A stretch of 64,000 nucleotides of DNA. Origin: Selaginella moellendorffii. Its lineage: Eukaryota > Plantae > Lycopodiophyta. The position numbers were made by a program, and so were the translations under genes. The stretch covers positions 3,978,021-4,042,020 of the forward strand of contig NW_003314262.1 in the NCBI RefSeq assembly GCF_000143415.4, in the 5' to 3' direction. Under the pieces are notes generated by a model. It was not told where the DNA came from and searched no databases. It was given only the letters and a program-made list of their open reading frames with translations. Below, one piece after another: positions 62,441 through 64,000 of the stretch. Positions within the stretch are counted from its first letter, which is position 1. The number at the start of each line of letters is the position of its first letter.

Positions 62441-62986
62441 TTACATTCCACTATAGAGTGGCCTAAAAACCCCATATTTTGCACTAGCCAATACAGTGTT
62501 TCCTAAGGGGATGTTGTTCCTCATCATGAAGCGATAGTGGGTATGTGTCCGTAACTCATTTTTTAATCTATTGTACATCCACACATGCATCTTTTCCAGA
62601 CCCGCTGTTAGGCAATTCCTACAGTGCTCAAGAAAAGTTTGTAAACCCATAGAGCCATTTGTCTTGTCCAACAAAAAGTCGCATATTGGACACCGAATGT
62701 AATAGTGTTCTGTACTTTCAAATAGTCTTGCCATGTCAAGAGCAAGATCTTGCAAAAACATGTGGCATTGCTCTTGAAGCACTAGAGGCAATCCCTCTTT
62801 AATAACAAGATCCGAAATTTCACATATAGGGAGCTCTAGTTCAACTTCACTAGAGCCCTCAACAGAAAAAGGATTGTTATATGGAGGTGAAGGTGGAATG
62901 TTGGTAGAACTTGGGGATGGAGGTGGAGATTGATATGAAATGCTGGGGGGCCAAGTACGATTAGCAATGAGTCTCCTTTGAGCCAT
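62441..62986 (-). CDS. Small Pro/Ser-rich zinc-finger protein, convergent with the Sola-like transposase
   Basis: Open frame from MAQRR, with IRCPICDF...FLEHCRNC (C2HC-like). Confidence 0.55.
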   Translation of the reverse strand: MAQRRLIANRTWPPSISYQSPPPSPSSTNIPPSPPYNNPFSVEGSSEVELELPICEISDLVIKEGLPLVLQEQCHMFLQDLALDMARLFESTEHYYIRCPICDFLLDKTNGSMGLQTFLEHCRNCLTAGLEKMHVWMYNRLKNELRTHTHYRFMMRNNIPLGNTVLASAKYGVFRPLYSGM

Positions 62987-63596
62987 TTCAATATAAACTT
63001 CTAAGGAGCTCAAGGAGAACAAAAAACCTACAATGACTATACCTTTTCTAGATAGTTTATATACTAAGTTTTAGTCTTGGGAATGAGGTTTATTTATTAT
63101 GACACTGACAATACTCAGATTCTTTAAATGGCAGTCTTGGAAATGGGGCTTCATAATCATAGCTTTCTTGCAAACATAAGAGCTTCTAGAATTTTAGATT
63201 ATCGTGTATACATATGCTAGGTTGTTTGTTCAGGAGGGTTGTAACTTCTCTTTTTATATCATTTGTAGATAGGGGCATATTATCTTTTATAAGCTAGGTG
63301 ACAAGGCCGATGTGAAGGAGAGCTCGCTCTTGGCCGAGGATCACCAAGCAAGTGAAGCACTACACTGGGAGGCCTCGAAAGATGAAAAGTTGATTCTTTG
63401 ATGTGATATTACTTTTGAGTCTTTCGAAAGATTTTGATTTCTTTTATCATTATTTACAAACAATTCCCAAAAACTTTTAATGAGGATTCACTGCAAAATA
63501 TACCTTGGTCTTATCATATGAGAGGATTGCGATATAGGCAACCAATAGAGTTTTTAATATGAATTAATATGTAAATTACAAATGTCATGGAAAGTG

Positions 63597-63860
63597 TTAT
63601 GGAGTAGATTTCTTGGTGCTTTCCGTTGTGTTATTCATTTCTTCATTTCTCTTGTTCTGGACTATTGTTTCAGAAGTAACAGGAGCATTTTTATCAATCG
63701 TGATAGTAGTCTCCACATTCCCAAATGGGTAATAAGGACCAGGAGTGTAATATGGAGATTGTGGTAGTGAAACAAAATTAACATTCTCACATTCCTTTGC
63801 ACTACAACTCTTACTCACAGATTTTATATTTTCCTTGCTTCCCATCTTCTCAAGAACCAT
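63597..63860 (-). CDS. Possible small ORF or exon, unknown function
   Basis: 87-aa open frame in AT-rich DNA. No motif recognised. Confidence 0.2.
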   Translation of the reverse strand: MVLEKMGSKENIKSVSKSCSAKECENVNFVSLPQSPYYTPGPYYPFGNVETTITIDKNAPVTSETIVQNKRNEEMNNTTESTKKSTP

Positions 63861-64000
63861 AAAAAATCTTTTGAATGAAGGAATAGTATCTACAGTTGTA
63901 AAAGTATTTAAAATATTAAATAGTCAAATCAAATATGACAGCTGTAACAGTTGTCATAATAAAATAATATAATTTTATAAAAGATAGGTTCTCATGAATT

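Overview
Eukaryotic, repeat-dominated plant DNA, most likely from a non-seed land plant (inferred from Cassandra TRIMs, a Tcn1/Tf1-type chromovirus, ~50-nt GT-AG introns and heavy C>T decay). No ordinary host gene is recognisable. About half of the window is nested LTR retroelements: two decayed Ty3/gypsy chromoviruses, solo LTRs of three families (called X, Y and V here), 5S-bearing Cassandra TRIMs and a second TRIM family (W). Most boundaries are fixed by 5-bp TSDs. The most unusual content is two large DNA-transposon-like modules with the same layout. In each, a transposase is transcribed divergently from a multi-exon gene fusing a ParB/Srx-like domain to a beta-class (N4C/N6A-type) DNA methyltransferase-like domain, and a small convergent zinc-finger gene follows the transposase. 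The transposase is a MULE-type DDE+SWIM protein in one module and an intact 1022-aa Sola1/DUF7869-type protein in the other. Each module carries its own palindromes in non-coding DNA: about 16 copies of a 22-bp palindrome, often one per tiny intron, in the Sola-like module, and a 96-bp hairpin array in the MULE-like module. This suggests a ParB/parS-like self-recognition or self-marking system (inference). The first ParB-MTase gene is split by a ~19-kb inversion between two Cassandra copies, shown by swapped TSDs. A gypsy-LTR/Cassandra chimera under a single TSD points to Cassandra's autonomous helper. All family and domain calls are by motif recognition only; no searches were run.
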